NCBI GenBank assembly: GCA_951406725.2
Contig: OX597814.1
Location: 127,410,001 to 127,474,000 of the forward strand
Reading direction: 5' to 3'
Length of the DNA stretch: 64,000 nt
DNA from: Octopus vulgaris
Taxonomy: Eukaryota
This document shows positions 1 to 13,560 of the stretch, one piece after another; the stretch's first letter is position 1, and each line of letters opens with the position of its first letter. A program made the position numbers and the translations under genes. The notes below the pieces were generated by a model, which was given only the letters and a program-made list of their open reading frames with translations, was not told the origin of the DNA and searched no databases.

Positions 1-1875
1 CATATTTGTGTGTGTGTGAGTGTGTGCATGTGTGTGTCAGAGAGAGAGAAAGAGGGAGGGAGAGAGAGAGAGAGAAAGAGGGGAGAAAGAGAAAGGAAGA
101 AACCCTTGAATATAGATAAGCTTCTGGTTAACTGAATCCCCTATTTCACTGAGTCTAGTAATAGTTTTGGGAAAGTGATGAACGCTTCTAGTCACATTGT
201 CCACCACTTGCAGTTAACATCGCTTATTATTTTGCTTGTGAAAGTTAAGCCATCGACCCTATGTTTGACACTAGATATAGGATAAATAAATAACCAACTT
301 CATATACATAGCCCCAGTGACATACCCAGAGTATGTGCCATCCAGGACTATCCTTGAGTTCCCAATCACACCCTTGGGCTCTGAACCCTATACAGACTTA
401 TACAGCAAACTCAGAAGTGCTGCCCCATAAAAGCATTGCCCTTGGCAGACTGCCCCATTGCCCTTCACTACCTTAGTTGCATGACTGAATGCCTGACAGA
501 TTATTTGTGTATATGAGTGGAAGAGGTTTTGTTTATATGTGTATGTATGCATACCCATACACATATAAAGATTCTTACACATATATACACATACAGAAAA
601 ACGTTCACAAAGACAAAAACATTCACCAACACACATACACACATCATCATACACACATTCACACACATGTACATACATTTGCTAATATGATATCATATTA
701 AAGAGTAATTGGAGAAGTAAGTAGCTAAAACATGTGAAAAGTGTTGACTTTATATAAAAGAACAAAATCTTTATCTCTGACCTTCTTCCTTTTCCACTTG
801 GCTTTCCTTAGTTCAGTGGTCATTAATGAGCTGCAACTGACCAGCCACTGCTATCAGAATATCTGCAGCAATTGCATGCACTCTACATGTAACACCATAG
901 CTGATGATCTGTCACAGATAAGCTGACTATATTTTCCATAGGTTCAGTTCTACTTGTGAGATGTCAATAAGTGTGTTATGTCAGTTTTATTGTCAAATAT
1001 ACAACATTCAACTTGTCAATAGTCCAAAATAAAATGCTTCCTGTTCTATTTTTATTCCCTGTTATTTCTGGTTGATTACTCCAGGATATTTCTACATAAG
1101 TCTGAAATAAGAACATCTCTGAGAACGTAAGGATTCTCAGTCATGCATTGGTTGCTCAATTAATACCGTATCTATTTCGTTAATTCAAAGCTAATTATAG
1201 ATGTGATTAAAAGTAGTACCTCTAATTATATATTATGTGTGCATGCGTGTTTGTTTCATCATCATTTATCATCGTTATTGATGTCAGTGTTGCCATCGGC
1301 CTCCTCCTCTTCTCCATCATCATCATCATCATCATCCCCACCACCACCTCCTCATCATCATCATCATCCTTGCCACTATCATTTAGTGTCCACTTTTCAA
1401 TGCTTGTTTTGGTCAGAAGGAGTATATTGAGGCAGGTCACCAATCCTTACCTGTTTCCAAGCAAGGTAATATTTTTCCTTGGCCAGACATGCTTTTTGGA
1501 AATGAATGACATTCATTTACAACAATCACAAAATGTCGAGACAAGGAGACACACAAATATACACACACTTACACATGCCCACATTTAACTACCCACTACA
1601 TTCACAGAGTGGTTGGTGTTAGGAAGGGCATCCATCCGTAGAAACACTGCCAAATCAGACTGGAGCCTGGCGCAGCCTCCTGGCTTCCCAGACCCTGGTC
1701 GAACCGTTCAACCCATGCTAACATGAAAAATGGACGTTAAACGATGATGATGATGATGATGATAAGATATTTGTAGACAGATTTATGCTTATAAAAAAAA
1801 CCCAGATATATGACAACAGATAATAACTTTATTTATCAAAAAATGCTATGAGGATAAACTTTCTTTTCTATAATG

Positions 1876-2908
1876 TTATTCAATAAAGCCATCTTCAGCT
1901 TCAACAACTGCTTCTATATGAGATCTAAATCATCTACATGCTCAAATCAAGTGGTCCTGGTTCATTTTGGACATTACTCTGACTATGGTAGCTTTCATAG
2001 AATCTTTGGTGTTATGGGCATGTTCATTGACCTCTCTCTCAACAACGCTCCACATGTGATAGTCCAATGGATCAAGATCTGGGGAATTAGGAGGCCAAAT
2101 GTAGAGGTTATGTGATCATGAAAATTTTCAGCCATCCCTTCCTGTGTTACGAGAGCCATGTGTGATAGTGTAGAGTCTTACGAAAACACATATGGCCTTC
2201 CATTGTATACACTGTTTAACAATTATTTCTAGGACCTCAATGTAAGCAACAGAGTTAACTCTAAGCCCTTGTGGAAAGAAGTAAGGAGGCATTACATGTC
2301 CTTCATTGCTAACAACCCCTAAAACCATGACAGCTGCAGGAAATTTTGTATGCATAACACTTGGAACTTCAGAAGGATCTGCACATAACCATCTGTCATT
2401 TCTTCTGTTAACTTTTTGATCTTGGTCTAAGTTTTTTGCTTTTGAGAAAAATCAAATCAAATCATTTGCTGGATTTTTCAGTTTGTTTAAGGGCCTTTTA
2501 AATTTGATGTAGTGGTTTTCTTTTGCATTTTCTGATAAATTGACCTTTCCTTATCATATAAGACTTATATCTGATGTCTTTATGGACAGCATTTCTGACT
2601 GTTCCTTCTGACACATGGAGATCTTTTGCAATTGACCTCATGGACTTTCTGGGATTTTAATCAATGGTCTGTTGAACTTACTAAATAAATTCAGGTGCTC
2701 TGATGATTTCAAAGTGTTTAGAATGCTTTTTATGCTTTGATACTAGTGATACGCTACCACCTTCAGTCTATAGCTCCTTACAAACTTTGTAGATGAAAGA
2801 TCTGGCAACTTTTAAAACTCAAGATATTTCTAAATCACTATGTTCAGCCTTTATAACTACAACAATGGCATGTCTCTTTATTCCTTGAGTAAGCTGAGGG
2901 CCAGCCAT
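1876..2908 (-). mobile_element. Degenerate Tc1/mariner-superfamily transposase gene (maT/DD37D-like), near full length, with stops and frameshifts
   Basis: Minus strand reads MAGPQLTQGIKRHAIVVVIKAEHSDLEIS*VLKVARSFIYKV from ATG at 2908, then HTKFPAAVMVLGVVSNEGHVMPPYFFPQGLRVNSVAYIEVLE, and WPPNSPDLDPLDYHMWSVVE...FRSHIEAVVEAEDGFIE* ending at 1876. WPPNSPDL-PLDY is the Tc1/mariner catalytic motif. Confidence 0.88.
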
Positions 2909-3000
2909 TATTATTTTCTGAAGCAAAGATTATACAGAGTTAACAAAAAATGCAGCAATGACCCCAAAAAGGTAAGTCCTCGTGTCCTCAAATACCTTAC

Positions 3001-3240
<240 letters not shown>

Positions 3241-3243
<3 letters not shown>

Positions 3244-3576
3244 TAAAACGGTAAGATAACAAAAGAAAGAGACCTCAATATTATGTAAATAGAGGAAATT
3301 TATCTATAAAATAATATGTTACATTACTCGATAGTCAAGATAAAACTCTGAGTTTCAGATGCCGAAGTGTGAATCCACAACGCCATCTCTTCAATTATCT
3401 GGCTATTTGAAAACGCCTTACACACAGAAGAATTTAATATGGATGCATATTACATAGATTATTCTATGAAGAGGCGTTTTCAAATAGCCAGATAACCAAA
3501 GAGATGGTGTTGTGGATTCACACTTCGGCATCTGAAACTCAGAGTTTTATCTTGACTATCGAGTAATGTAACATAT

Positions 3577-3585
<9 letters not shown>
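3241..3585. mobile_element. Non-coding fold-back element in (TA)n with a degenerate hammerhead in each arm (Penelope pLTR/retrozyme-like)
   Basis: 114-bp inverted arms 3305-3418 / 3472-3585 plus an unpaired tail 3241-3304. Each arm has gataa-[core]-gatg..catc-tGAAA-ctcagag-TT-ttatc, with core TTGAAGA or CCAAAGA. Homologous to 19398-19617. Confidence 0.75.
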
Positions 3586-3625
<40 letters not shown>

Positions 3626-3866
3626 CATTAGGAAGGGCATCCAGCCATAGAAACCATGTCAAATCAGATTGGATTCTGGTGCAGTCCTCCAGTTTACCAG
3701 TTTCAGTCAAACAGTCTAACCCATGTCAGCATGGAAAGCAGACGCTAAATGATGATGATGACACACCCACCCACCCACACACATACATGAAAACATCTAA
3801 AAATCCGTAGGTCAGAAAAAAATATGCACTTATATTTTCCTCAACAGAGTAGATATATCAATTGAA

Positions 3867-4197
3867 GTGTACAGTATTATATATCCATAACAGTCAATCT
3901 TACCAATCAGTTTTGCACTGAGGATTCAACAAGATGTTAAGTAACAACCTCGTTGTGTAACCCTGCATTTGTCAGAGTTGGCAGATATAGAAGAAAATGT
4001 GATGACTTCTCTCTGTCATCACAAAGCAGATGTGTATTGTCACTTCCAACAACAGAGAGCAGTCACCAGATTTCCTTCCATATTTGCCAGCCCTGACAAC
4101 ACAGGGTTACATAACTGGGATACTACTTAATATCTGGTTGAACCCCCAGTACAAAACTGATTGGGATCGCCTGCACTAGATATATGATACTGTACAC
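3867..4197. mobile_element. Old palindromic MITE/fold-back element
   Basis: ~150-bp imperfect inverted arms: gtgtacagta..ccaatcagttttgcactg..gtaaccctg..ctctctgt versus its reverse complement at ~4052-4197. Confidence 0.65.
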
Positions 4198-4236
4198 TGT
4201 GCTTCATATGCATACATACATACATACATACATACA

Positions 4237-4267
<31 letters not shown>

Positions 4268-4651
4268 GTACATACATACATATAAATGCTGCTATATAAA
4301 TTCTATATAAAAATTATTCAGTACATTCTGTAAAGTGATTGGCATGATAATATATATATATTATATGTGTGTGTGTGTGTGTGTGTCTATATATATATAT
4401 ATCCTGTGCAGGTGGCACATAAAAAACACCATTAAGTGTGCCAGTACTGCCTCACTGGCCCTCATGCTGGAGGCTGGTGGCACATAAAAGCACTCATTAC
4501 ACTCTCAGAGTAGTTGGCATTAGGAAGGGCATCCAGCTGTAAAAACTCTACCAGATCAGATTGGAGCCTGGTGCAGTTATCTGGTTCACCAGTTCTCAGT
4601 CAAATTGTCCAACCCATGCCAGCATAGAAAGCAAACATTAAATGATGATGA

Positions 4652-4691
<40 letters not shown>

Positions 4692-5364
4692 ATGAACAAA
4701 AAAAGTACTCTATCTGGTGAGAGATGAATATATATCATCATCATAATCATCATTTAATGTCTGTTTTCCATGCTAGCATGAGTTGGAGTTGGCAAACCCC
4801 AAAAAAACTGCACAAAGCTCTATTGTCTGGTTTGACATGGTTTATATGGATATATATTCTCCCACTCCCTCTCTCTCTCTTTTTCCTGCACTTCACTCAG
4901 GTTGGATAACCATCTATTTCCTCTGTAGTAGTGCACCTGTTCTCTCTTCATTCCTGATCTCACTCTCTCTCTCTCTCATTCTCTCTTTGGCCAGGTAACC
5001 TTGTACTTCCTCTGCAGCAAGACACCCATTTCTGTCTCTCTGTCTCACTAAAACCTTCATCCAACACAAGATCACTTCCTCCAATGCCCCTCCCCACTTG
5101 AAAGTTTTTTTGTGTTGCAAGTTACTCAGTGACCCTGTCAGTGATGGTGCCACTTAAAAGTACCCAGTCCACACTGTAAAGTGGTTGGTGTTCAGAAAGG
5201 CATCCAGCTGTAAAAACCTTGGCAAAACTGACCTTGCCTGTGCTTGTGCCATGCAAAAAGCACTATGTCCTCTCTGTTGAGTGGTTGGTGTTAGGAAGGG
5301 CAAAACGGTCCTGAAGTCTGGTGCAGGCTTCTTCCTGGTTGGCTCTTGTGAAACCATCCCACCA

Positions 5365-5423
<59 letters not shown>

Positions 5424-5434
5424 GAAATTATCAA

Positions 5435-6520
5435 TCATCATCATCATTTAATGTCCATTTTCCATGCTGGCATGAGTTGGATGGTTTGACAAGAGCTGGC
5501 TAGCTGAAGTGCTGCCTTGGCTGCATGTCTGTTTTGGTATGGTTTCTACAGCTGGATGTCCTTCCTAACACCAACTGCTTTACAAAATGTACTGGGTGCT
5601 TTTATGCAGCACTGGCATGGGTGCTTGTATGTGGCACCAGCAGCCATGAGCCTGCAAGGTAAGGAATGCACAGCTGGAGAGGGATTCAGGGGACCTGCCT
5701 GTATGCAAAGACAACCATGATTTTACTTAGCTTGATGTGTCTTCCCAAGTGTGACAAACTGCCAGGAGTCTCAGTCCCCTCTCACCCACTCTGAGAGTCT
5801 CAATCTCTGAAGATCCTATCTCACCACTTTGTCCTATATCTTTCTGGGTCTACCCCTTCCACATGCTCTCTCCAGAATTAGAGATCGGCACCTTTTGATG
5901 CAATTGTCCTCATTCATACACATTACACATCATACACATCAAAATAAATATTAAATGGAAATTGTAGTTGTGATACCTGTGCTGGTGGCACATAAAAAGC
6001 ACCATCCGAACGTGGCTGATGCCAGCGCCGCCTTGACTGGCTTTTGTGCAGGTAGCACGTAAAAAGCACCAACCAATCATGGCCGATTCCAGCCTCCCCT
6101 GGCACCTGTGCCAGTGGCACATAAAAAGCACCCACTACACTCACGGAGTGGTTGGTGTTAAGAAGGGCATCCAGCTGTAGAAACACTGCCAGATCAGACT
6201 GGAGCCTGGTGCAGCCCCCTGGCTTCCCAGACCCTAGTCGAACTTTCCAACCTGTGCTAGCACGGAAGACGGACGTTAAATGATGATGATGATGATGATT
6301 ACATGACTATACAAATGCCGCCTTCTTTCTTGCACACTACATCTGATACCTTTTATACCCAGTTTTTCTCTCAAATCATTTACACTTTGTCATATATGCA
6401 CACTGACATTACCCATCCAGTGAAGCATACTGGCTGCATTTCTTTCAAGTCTTCAGATATCCTCAGCAGTCACAGCCCATGTCTTATTGCTATGTAGCAC
6501 AGCTGTTCATACACAGGCAT
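5435..6520 (-). mobile_element. Old RTE LINE 3' portion (ORF end + 3' UTR), interrupted by an opposite-strand RTE 3'-UTR copy
   Basis: Minus strand near 5800-5865 encodes a GRGRPRK..DKVVR-like RTE C-terminus; the 3' UTR with (GAT)n tail lies at 5435-5650; the ORF remnant resumes at 6301-6520. Confidence 0.65.
5935..6300 (+). mobile_element. RTE 3'-UTR fragment (family A), three internal modules, (GAT)n tail
   Basis: Matches 32610-33283: ggcac(a/g)taaaaagcacc modules, cccactacactc..gaagggcatccagctgtagaaac..cggacgttaaatgatgat. Confidence 0.85.
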
Positions 6521-7781
6521 ACATACATACATACATACATGCACGTGCACACACATATGTGCATGCACACACACATACACACACACACATACACACACAC
6601 ACACACATACACACACATACACAGTATATAGACATTGGTGTTGTGAAGAGAGAAGAGTTGCATGCATGGCCAACTGTCAGTTTTCACACAAAAGATCTTG
6701 TTCAGGCCTGCACATACATATGTAGATTTATGGTTAAATGTGATTGATGGAAGCTCGACATATGCTACAATGCACCACAGAATAAACTTATAAATTTCAA
6801 CCAACACTGTTTATGTAAATTAATTAAACTTAGCTAAATACGCTGAACAGTCATAAACAACTAATGATATATATATATCACCGAAGACAAGGGAAAAAGA
6901 GAACCTGGACTAAACTCAACCTTCATTGTAAAATTGGATATGTCAAATTACATAAGTGACCTGATAAACCTGGTACAAGTTACGTATCTGTTGCTCTGTG
7001 TACATCGAACCATTGCTAAGTTGAGAACTTTACTGCACACTTCCGCATGCAGTGATGAATCATATGAAGTGCAGTGTGACAGTCTAGACATGTATTTTCT
7101 CCATTATCCAATCAATATCTCTATTCCTGTAGTTGTTGTATAGTGTTCATCCTCCCCCAGTTAGCTCTGATTGAGTGAACCTTTGAGTGAAGATATGTGG
7201 TCACCCCTGTCCATTTTGAAGACAATAGAAGGGAATTTGAGGGAGGGAAATTTGGCTGCTATCTCTGGCAAGTTTGAGCAATTGCAAAATGCTCTCTCTC
7301 ATTCTGATAGTGGTCAGTGGATATGAGCAGAAGGAATTTGGACAAAGTGCAGTTTCTGTTCCTTTGTATTTATTATTGGTGCTATCATTTTGAGAGGGCT
7401 GAAGATTTCCTCCAAATTATATAATTGATAAATATAGACCAACAAAAAAAAAAAAAGAACTGAAGACTTGTTGCTATCATTAAATAAACATTTCTTGTAT
7501 AACATTTAGAATATAGACAAGCATGTACCGCTGCTGCTACTGCTGCTGTTGTTGTTGATATTGTTATAGCTGCCACAGTGCTGCTTCTAATGACAATAAT
7601 GATGATAATGATGATTATGGTGATGCTTATGCAGCAACAACCTGAACAACATCAACGATAGGAATAACAACTACAAGAACAGCAATCAGAAAACAACAAC
7701 ATATACATAAACAGGTGCACAAATACACATACACAGACACTCACTCTCATATACATACAACATGTACATACACTCATACAT

Positions 7782-7843
<62 letters not shown>

Positions 7844-8642
7844 CTTCTTCCATTCTTTCCTGAGCGTCCAATAATACTTTATTTGTTCCAAGTCCTTGCT
7901 TTGTTGTTTTTTTGTTTTTGTTTTCTTGTTTGGATTAACTTTATATATATATATATATATATATATGTACATATATATATATATATATATGTACATATAT
8001 ATATGTACATATATATATATGTATGTATATATATATTTATATATGCATGCAAGGAATTGATGTTGTTGTGCCGATCTGATTAGATAATATTTTCCAAATA
8101 TAAACAGTCTATCTGATAGAACATATGCTAGTTCTAACTACATTGAAGCTAATGAAATCCATGCAAGGTGAAATCATTATCCTTTAATTCAGAGGTGGCA
8201 AAACATTTTAGTTCTGTGGGTGAATAGTAAGTCCATAAGAAAATGGGGGTGTGCAGCTATGCTGAGCAAAATATTGAATCTTGCAACTTCATAGGTGTGT
8301 ATATAATCACACAAATAGACGTTTATTAAAATGCTCAAATGCATTAATTAACTAGATAGTTAGAGTGATTTAATTACCTTGAATGCCACTGATTACTGTT
8401 TTAAATTTAATAAAACTCCTTATTGAGGTAGTTTGAGGCTGAGTTGTAAAGTTCAGAGATGTTAGATGGGACTGATAATTCAGTAGTTCTATATTGGTTT
8501 GCGAAATTATTATCTGTGAGTCTAGCATCGATATTGAGAAAGATTGTTCTTATCAGTAAGTGACAGAAGACAATGATGCAATTCTCAATGCATGATTCCT
8601 CAACAGTGAATATTTTTTAGTATCATCATCATCATTATCATT

Positions 8643-9090
8643 GAAGATGGTGAGCAGGCACAATCATTAGCATGCTGGGAAAAATGCTTAGCGGCATTTC
8701 GTCCATCTTTACATTCTGAGTTCAAATTCTGCTGAAGTCGACTTTGCCTTTCATCCCTTCAGGATCAATAAAAAAAGTACTAGCTGAGTGCTGGAGTCAA
8801 TGTAATTGACCTACTTCCTCCCTTGGACTTGCTGGCCTTGTGCCAAAATTTGAACCCATTAATATTATTATCATTAAGGCAGAGAGCTGGCAGATTCATT
8901 AACACACCAGACAAATTACTTAGCAGCATTTTGTCTGACATTAGATTCTGAGTTCAAATTTTGTCAAGGTTGACTTTACCATTCATCCTTTCAAGGTTAA
9001 TAAAATAAGTACCAGTTGAACATGGGTCGGTGTTAGTGACTAATCCCTCCCCCAATATTTCAGGACTTGTGTCTCTAGTGAAAAAGATTA
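8643..9090 (+). mobile_element. Two tandem degenerate tRNA-derived SINEs (family C head, Deu/Nin-like core)
   Basis: gagttcaaatt B-box-like motif followed by gactttgcctttcatcc..gataaaataagtacc-like core, occurring twice. Confidence 0.7.
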
Positions 9091-9574
9091 TTATTATAAT
9101 CATTGTTTTAACATCCACTTTTCCATGCTCACTCAGGCTGAACAGAATTTACTGAGGTGGGTTTTCTATGGCTGGATGCCCTTCCTACTACCAAGCTTCA
9201 CATTCTTCCAAGTAAGGTAATGTTTCCTCATAACTAGATATGTCGCCATTAAAAATTAGAAATGAAGGACACCATTTGCATAAAAGTGTCACTTGCTTAC
9301 AACTATCACTTGATATCATGACTAGGAGACAGTAACACAAACATACATACATATAGATACACACACACAATCATCTCTCTCTATCACTACACATACATCG
9401 GCACTGACTACTTCCCAGACCCACATTTTCACACCTACTCATACACACATGCACATGTCAAGATCACCAGCCTTCTTCCACATGCGCATACAAACTCTCT
9501 TATACACATGCACGCACACCTTCGTTTTGGGATCACTACTACTTTATTATCTCCCTTTTTCCAGCATCGGTTGT

Positions 9575-9805
9575 CATGTGATGGGGGAACAAACACAGAC
9601 ACACAAACACACACACATACATATATATATATACATACATATATAAGACGGACTTCTTTCAGTTCCGTCTACCAAACCCACTCACAAGGTTTTGATCAGC
9701 CCGAGGCTATAGTAGAAGACACTTGCCCAAGGTGCCATGCAGTGGGAATGAACCCGGAACCATGAGGCTGATAAGCAAGCTACTTACCACACAGCCACTC
9801 CTGTG
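9575..9805 (-). mobile_element. tRNA-derived SINE family B (CORE-like), 5' half
   Basis: Reverse complement gctgtgtggtaagtagcttgctt..gggttcattcccactgcatggcaccttgggcaagtgtcttctactatagcctcgg. Confidence 0.8.
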
Positions 9806-10364
9806 CTTAATAACAAAAGGGAAAAAACGAAGACATACAAGCAGTATAATACACAAATCCATATACACACACAGAAGAGACACACATACACATACTTAAG
9901 TTGAAATAAGAATAAATAGAAGAGTAGAGATAAATATGTAAATAAATGAAAAAAACTATATAAAGGGCACAGTTACAAGCAGTATAGTAAGCACACCCAA
10001 AACACATAGACATGTGTACACACATGTACATGTGCACACACACACACACGTGTGTGCACACAGATAGGGATGCATACACATGCACAGATAAGGATACACA
10101 TTATAGAAAGACAGAATTGTTTAAACAGAACAGAAAGAGACATGTAGGATGAAAGAGTTGCTGAAGAGGTCACAGGTGTGTGACAAAAGACTTCCAGACA
10201 GTGGACATAAGGTGAAATATGAACAGTAATAAACAAGTGAAGAACAAATATATAGTGTGTGTATTTATTTGGTAAAAAAAAGCAAAATGACCATCTCAAA
10301 ATATAACAATATCTGTTTCAACACATGATTTCACATCAGGAATCTTGCAAAACAAATACATAAA

Positions 10365-10414
<50 letters not shown>

Positions 10415-10574
10415 CATGACCGACCAGGCTATCAGATGTTGTTACACATTGCTGGTCACAATGCGCTTCGCATTGTTTTAGCCTTCAAATGACGCCACCC
10501 CGCTGGCTAAGCGAGCAGGCCATATATATATATATATATATTCACTCACACAGGATGGGCTTCTTTCAGTTTCT

Positions 10575-10808
10575 TATTTCTTTATTGCTCATAAGGGGCT
10601 AAACATAGAGGGGACAAGCAAGGACAGACAGAGGGATTAAGTCGATTACATTGACCCCAGTGTGTAACTGGTACTGAATTTATTGACCCCAAAACGATGA
10701 AAGGCAAAGTCGACCTCGGTGGAATTTGAACTCAGAACATAACAGCAGATGAAATACTGCTAAGCATTTCGCCCGGTGTGCTAACATTTCTGCTAGCTCG
10801 CCGCCTTA
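10575..10808 (-). mobile_element. Full-length SINE family C inserted into a family B SINE
   Basis: Flanked by the 11-bp direct repeat tttcagtttct (10564-10574, 10809-10819); family B sequence continues on both sides. Confidence 0.88.
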
Positions 10809-11099
10809 TTTCAGTTTCTGTCAACCAAATCCATTCGCAAGGCATTGGTTAGCCCAAGCCTATAGTAGAAGATACTTGCCTAAGGTGCCATGCAGTGTGA
10901 CTGAACCCAAAACCATGTGGTTGGGAAGTAATCTTCCAACCGCACATGATTTATAAAATTCTGAAATAAATCATCCATTAAATTTAGATATCAAGGTGTT
11001 ATGCAGTTTCTGTACCATACAGTAGTGCTTTTACAGTTCAGTTATGAAAATTTGCAATATTGAATCAAAGTCTATTATTGGCAAAAAGTGAAGTGATTT

Positions 11100-11400
11100 G
11101 GCATTTGTAATTTCACTCTTTGATTCTTATATGGCTAGTGATATTAACCAAAAATTCTAAATAATGCAATCTCACAACTCTTTTTGGTCCTCTAATTCCA
11201 TCTACAAAAATCTTTTCTTCATCTTTCAGCTCATAAAATGCTTCAACATGCAGCCTTTGTTTAGACACAGAACCCTGACAGTGGAGCAAGAACTTGTTAT
11301 GATTCACTTCAAGGTTCTACGAAATTTCTTTGAACTCTCTGCTGTTCAGTTCCTTTTTATTATTAATTTAATACATTTTGCTGCCGCTTTCATCACATTG
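11100..11400 (-). mobile_element. Degenerate hAT (Buster/Charlie-type) transposase fragment
   Basis: With frameshifts the minus strand reads ELNSREFKEIS*NLEVNHNKFLLHCQ..KGCMLKHFYELKDEEKIF..LHYLEFLVNITSHI, resembling the Buster motif LLHxxxRWLSRGxxLxRFFELKxE..LAYLxDI. Confidence 0.65.
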
Positions 11401-11654
11401 TTAATTCTTAGAGACTATGTGTATAAATTTCACATCCATTTTTTTTTCATGCCATCCTAAGTGGGATGGTTTATTTGTTGGAGAAATTGATTTTACAGTT
11501 GAATGGATGCCTTTCCTACCACTAACCAGTGAACCATGAAGTAGGGGGTGGAATCTGTTGTTTGATTCTGGCAGGCAATCTGGAACAAGGAGAGAGTAAA
11601 GACTGATACAGATACAAATAGAGATAAAGAGAATATGTGTGTGAGAAGGAGTAG

Positions 11655-11712
<58 letters not shown>

Positions 11713-12406
11713 AGAAGCTGTAATGAGAGACACCACTTGATAGAGAGGAAGAGGAAAAAAAAGAGACAGACATACTACTGTCAAAGAAAGGGAAGAAAAA
11801 TGAAAGGACATTCGTTGCTGCAGAGAGATAGATACACTCAGCAGATGACACATTGCATCATATGACCAAATGTCAAGTACAGCAGACATGACTAAGTGAA
11901 GAAAACACTTTTATTTTGTTTATTTATCCATTACTTATGTCTTTTTATAAAGCCTTATTTATAATATTACTTTTACTGTTATATCATTAAAACAATTTAA
12001 AGAAAATATCAGAGGAAGGAAAACTACACAGGTTGGGTCATTGTTGACAGGGAATATTTATTGGCTCCTTAAATTATCATAAAGAAGCTTCATAGAAGGG
12101 ATAGTGGAATGGTTAGATGTTAATAGAGGCATGGTGAAATGGCAGATGCTGAATAGTGCTGGAAATCAAATTGAAGATCAGGTGTGCTGGTGCTGGTGTT
12201 GTTCGAAACACTGGTCTCTCAGTGTGTTCTTTGGACTAACACAACAGCTCTACAACAGTCCAACGATATTTAGGGGAGACACACCACACTTCTGACATTG
12301 TATTGTATTAGTGATACACACACATACATCTCCACACACATACATAAACATGCACAAGCATACATACATCCACATAATCTATGTATATATGTATGTTATG
12401 TATGTA

Positions 12407-12752
12407 CACTGGCCAAAATAAGTTTAAGACCGATGATGGCAGTTCTAGTCCTTCATTAATTTATTTTTAACAAAACTGTATAAAATTATTTTTCTTTTTA
12501 CAGTTTATGTAGAATCTTTTTCTCTTTCAAATGATATAGGCATTATATATCTTTTTACAATCTAAATAATTTTAATGAGCAATTAATTCAAATGATTAAA
12601 AATTATCAGCAAAACAAGTCTAAGACCGTACCAACATTATTTTGTTTAAACTGAAAATTTATGGCACAAATGATCAACAAACAAAATTTATTATTAGTAT
12701 CTAGTTCCATAGCTGCTATTTTCAATTATGGCCTTTCAACGGCGGGACATGG
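12407..12752 (-). mobile_element. Right end of a Tc1-type transposon with IR/DR terminal repeat
   Basis: TA at 12405-12406 then cactggccaaaataagtttaagaccg; inner direct repeat aaaacaagtctaagaccg at ~12611; minus-strand C-terminus MSRR*KAIIENSSYGTRY* matches the Tc1 consensus SMPRR..AVI...G..TKY*. Confidence 0.75.
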
Positions 12753-12869
12753 TGTTTGATGAATGAGCACAAAAATTACTTAGAATGTTCTGCCATATTT
12801 CTTCAATAAAATTATATAACTTTGTTGGTTTTTTAGCATGAACTCTTTAAGAAACAATTTAGAGTGAAG

Positions 12870-13560
12870 GATAGATAGTATGATTCTTGTGTTAGGACTG
12901 TGATGCTGCATAGTAGTGAGATGCTGGCTTTGAATGTGGAGGCTAGAAAGAAACAAGGCTCTAAATGGATGTGTAATGTTAGTGTGCATGAATGCCAGAG
13001 TACAAATGTACTAAGAGAAAAACTGAGTGTAAGAGGAATCAGGTGTTGTGTACAAAAGAGAAGGCTGCATTGATATGGGCATGCAAGGCATATGAAAGAT
13101 GACTGGAAGCATGAGAAGCTTGAGAGGCGGTTGGATGGAACTTACACTCGCCTCTTTATGAGAGCTCAAAATCTCTTGTGGAAGCGTCATCCAACCAAAG
13201 TACAAATATATGGGAAATTACCACCTGTATCATCTCTTGTGAAAGGTAGAAGAGTCCATTTTGCTGGACATTGTTGTAGAGCTGAAAACGAGGTAATTTC
13301 TACTCTTCTCCTCGGGAAGCCATCTGCTCGTGATACCAGAGGGCGCACACTCTCCTACCCAGATGTAATCTCCAGGGATACAGGCATCCAGCAACAGGAC
13401 CTCCATAATACTATGAAGGACTGTGAGGTCTGGCGTAACATAGTAAATTCCATTGTCTCGACCACGGTCGAACAATGATGATGATGAAGGAAGAACTGTG
13501 CACTCCAAGTTGGTGGAAGCCATGGAAGAAAGAGACTTAGAAAGACATGGAATGGAATGG
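12870..13560 (+). mobile_element. Old RTE LINE remnant hosting a nested RTE of another family
   Basis: Similar to 32040-32370 (tgtgatgc..agtgagatgctggc..atggatgtgtaatgttagtgtgc..ggaaga..agaaagacatgg). Confidence 0.65.
13105..13487 (+). mobile_element. 5'-truncated RTE-clade LINE 3' end, second family, (GAT)n tail
   Basis: ORF LERRLDGTYTRLFMRAQNLLWKRHPTKVQIYGKLPPVSSLVKGRRVHFAGHCCR..MKDCEVWRNIV, followed directly by tgatgatgat. Confidence 0.8.

Noticed and set aside
10411-10520. 110-bp GC-richer insert between (TA)n tracts
   Set aside because: Probably a retroelement fragment, but it has no ribozyme motif, ORF or second copy here to classify it
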